A DNA stretch of 64,000 nt from the human T2T-CHM13v2.0 reference genome, Homo sapiens. Positions 62,975 through 64,000 of this stretch are shown in pieces (the stretch's first letter is position 1; every line of letters starts with the position of its first letter). The notes below the pieces were generated by a model. The model was not told the origin of the DNA, searched no databases, and was given only the letters and a program-made list of their open reading frames with translations. The DNA lies in assembly GCF_009914755.1 (NCBI RefSeq), contig NC_060942.1, one strand, 5' to 3'. A program made the translations under genes and the position numbers.

Positions 62975-63257
62975 TGTGCATGCCTGTGAACCTGTCCTTC
63001 AGAACCGTAAGCTCGTAGATTTTGCCAAACTCCTCGAAGAGGGGCTTGAGGTCCTTCTCATCCAGGTTGCGGGGGATCTGCCCAATGAACAGCTTGATGG
63101 CATCGTGGTCCTTCATGGGAATGGTCGACGGGTTCCCCGGGCTGTGGCTTAATCCGTTCATGTGCCCGGCACTGCCCGGGCTGCTGCCGAGCCCGTTGGT
63201 ACTGAGGCTTGCGTTGTCAGCCTGTCCGTTTGCTAACGTGGCCATCTTTATATACAT
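62972..63257 (-). CDS. CELF4: CELF4 (CUGBP Elav-like family member 4 / BRUNOL4) first coding exon: N-terminal low-complexity region plus first half of RRM1
   Basis: Translation [95 protein letters not shown](G). RNP2 'LFIGQI' and the run-in to RNP1 are typical of CELF RRM1, and the N-terminus matches CELF4 as I recall it. ATG at 63257; exon ends at AAAG|GTGAGT (286 coding nt, phase 1). Confidence 0.97.
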
Positions 63258-63650
63258 AGAGAAAATCTTCTTTCCTTTTATTCTTTCTCGCTCACACTCT
63301 CTCGCTCCTCTCTCTCGCTCGCTCGCTCGCGCTCACACACGCACACGCATACACACACTCGGGTTCTCTCCCCCTCGGTTTCTCTACACCTCGCTCTCCG
63401 CTCGCTCTCTGCTCTCTCTCTTTCTCCTCTTCTCTCGCTCGCTCGCGCTCGCGCTCTCTCTCTGCTCTCCCCCCTCTCTCTCTCCCTCCCTCCCTCTCCT
63501 CTCTCTCTCCCTCTCTCTCTCCCTCTCTCCTCTCTCTCTCGGTCTGATCTGATTTTTTTTTTCTTTTTTTCTTTTTTTTTCTTTTTTTTTTTTTTTTACA
63601 TTGAACAGACAGGATCTCTGTCCTTTCCGTTTAAACAGGCTGGACCGGTT
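63258..63650 (-). other. CELF4: CELF4 5'UTR / exon 1 non-coding part (TSS not determinable; upper bound approximate)
   Basis: Contiguous with the ATG with no obvious splice acceptor. Sense strand is GA/GAGC-rich low complexity (63285-63540) with an A-rich tract (63553-63597). Confidence 0.6.
63285..63597. repeat. (CT)/(CGCT)n low complexity and T-rich tract in or near the 5'UTR
   Basis: Read directly; GA/GAGC-rich and A-rich on the CELF4 sense strand. Confidence 0.85.
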
Positions 63651-63859
63651 CAAGTTCCCAGCCAGACCAGGGGTGGGGGTGGCGAGTGTGCGCGCGCGGA
63701 GGAGGGCGCGGGGGGCCGGGAATGGGCGCGCTGTGGGGGCCCGCGCCACGGCGGGCGGCGGCCGGGGGCAGGGCGGCGTGGGGCGGCGCCGGCCCCACCG
63801 CGCCTCCCCCGTCGGCGGCCCCGCGCCGTGGCGATGGTACAGTCCGAGACGGCCCCCGG

Positions 63860-63869
63860 CTATAAATAG
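63860..63869. promoter_or_regulatory. Consensus MEF2 site CTATAAATAG overlapping a TATA-like element
   Basis: Exact match to CTA(A/T)4TAG; an isolated AT island in otherwise very GC-rich promoter sequence. Confidence 0.6.
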
Positions 63870-64000
63870 CGCCAGGCGCATGGCTCTTCGGGAGGCGCTG
63901 AGATTCCGGGCCCGGCGGCCGCGGGGAGCGGGTGTCCGTGAGGAGCCGGGCAGCCGGCCTCCTCTCTTTGCCTTTTGGGGGTTCTTTTTGTAATAGCAGC

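Larger units (their letters stand above)
62480..64000. promoter_or_regulatory. CpG island promoter spanning CELF4 exon 1
   Basis: Very high GC and CpG density at 62480-63240 and 63640-64000; GC boxes (GGGCGG) at ~63753-63786. Confidence 0.9.

Noticed and set aside
62503-63993. Antisense and overlapping ORFs around exon 1
   Set aside because: Shadow ORFs of the CpG island and of the real CDS.

Overview
Primate (almost certainly human) genomic DNA containing the 5' end of CELF4 (BRUNOL4, a neuronal CUGBP/Elav-like RNA-binding protein) on the minus strand. The CpG-island promoter and GA-rich 5'UTR lie at ~63.26-64 kb. Coding exon 1 is at 63257-62972 (286 nt, start of RRM1, phase-1 GT donor), and the remaining ~63 kb is intron 1. 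I found no other credible coding exon; the rest of the ORF track is chance or low-complexity ORFs. The intron holds mostly ancient repeats (MIR, L2, L1M, hAT-Charlie MERs) and only two Alus. It also contains microsatellites, a ~500-bp polypyrimidine/polypurine tract, an intragenic CpG island (~22.0-22.7 kb) and many AT-rich, homeodomain-motif-rich blocks that look like conserved enhancers (conservation is inferred, not seen). Best leads: a perfect 32-bp non-repeat direct repeat 3,988 bp apart that brackets several enhancer-like blocks; an expanded-spacer RE1/REST site just inside intron 1; a UG-rich 5'UTR element that is also a micro-uORF (possible CELF4 autoregulation); weak/strong tandem start codons; a MEF2/TATA dual element; and a PBX-HOX/MEIS/octamer enhancer-like block. 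No new biological system is demonstrated; these are testable hypotheses. Repeat boundaries were called by eye and are approximate.
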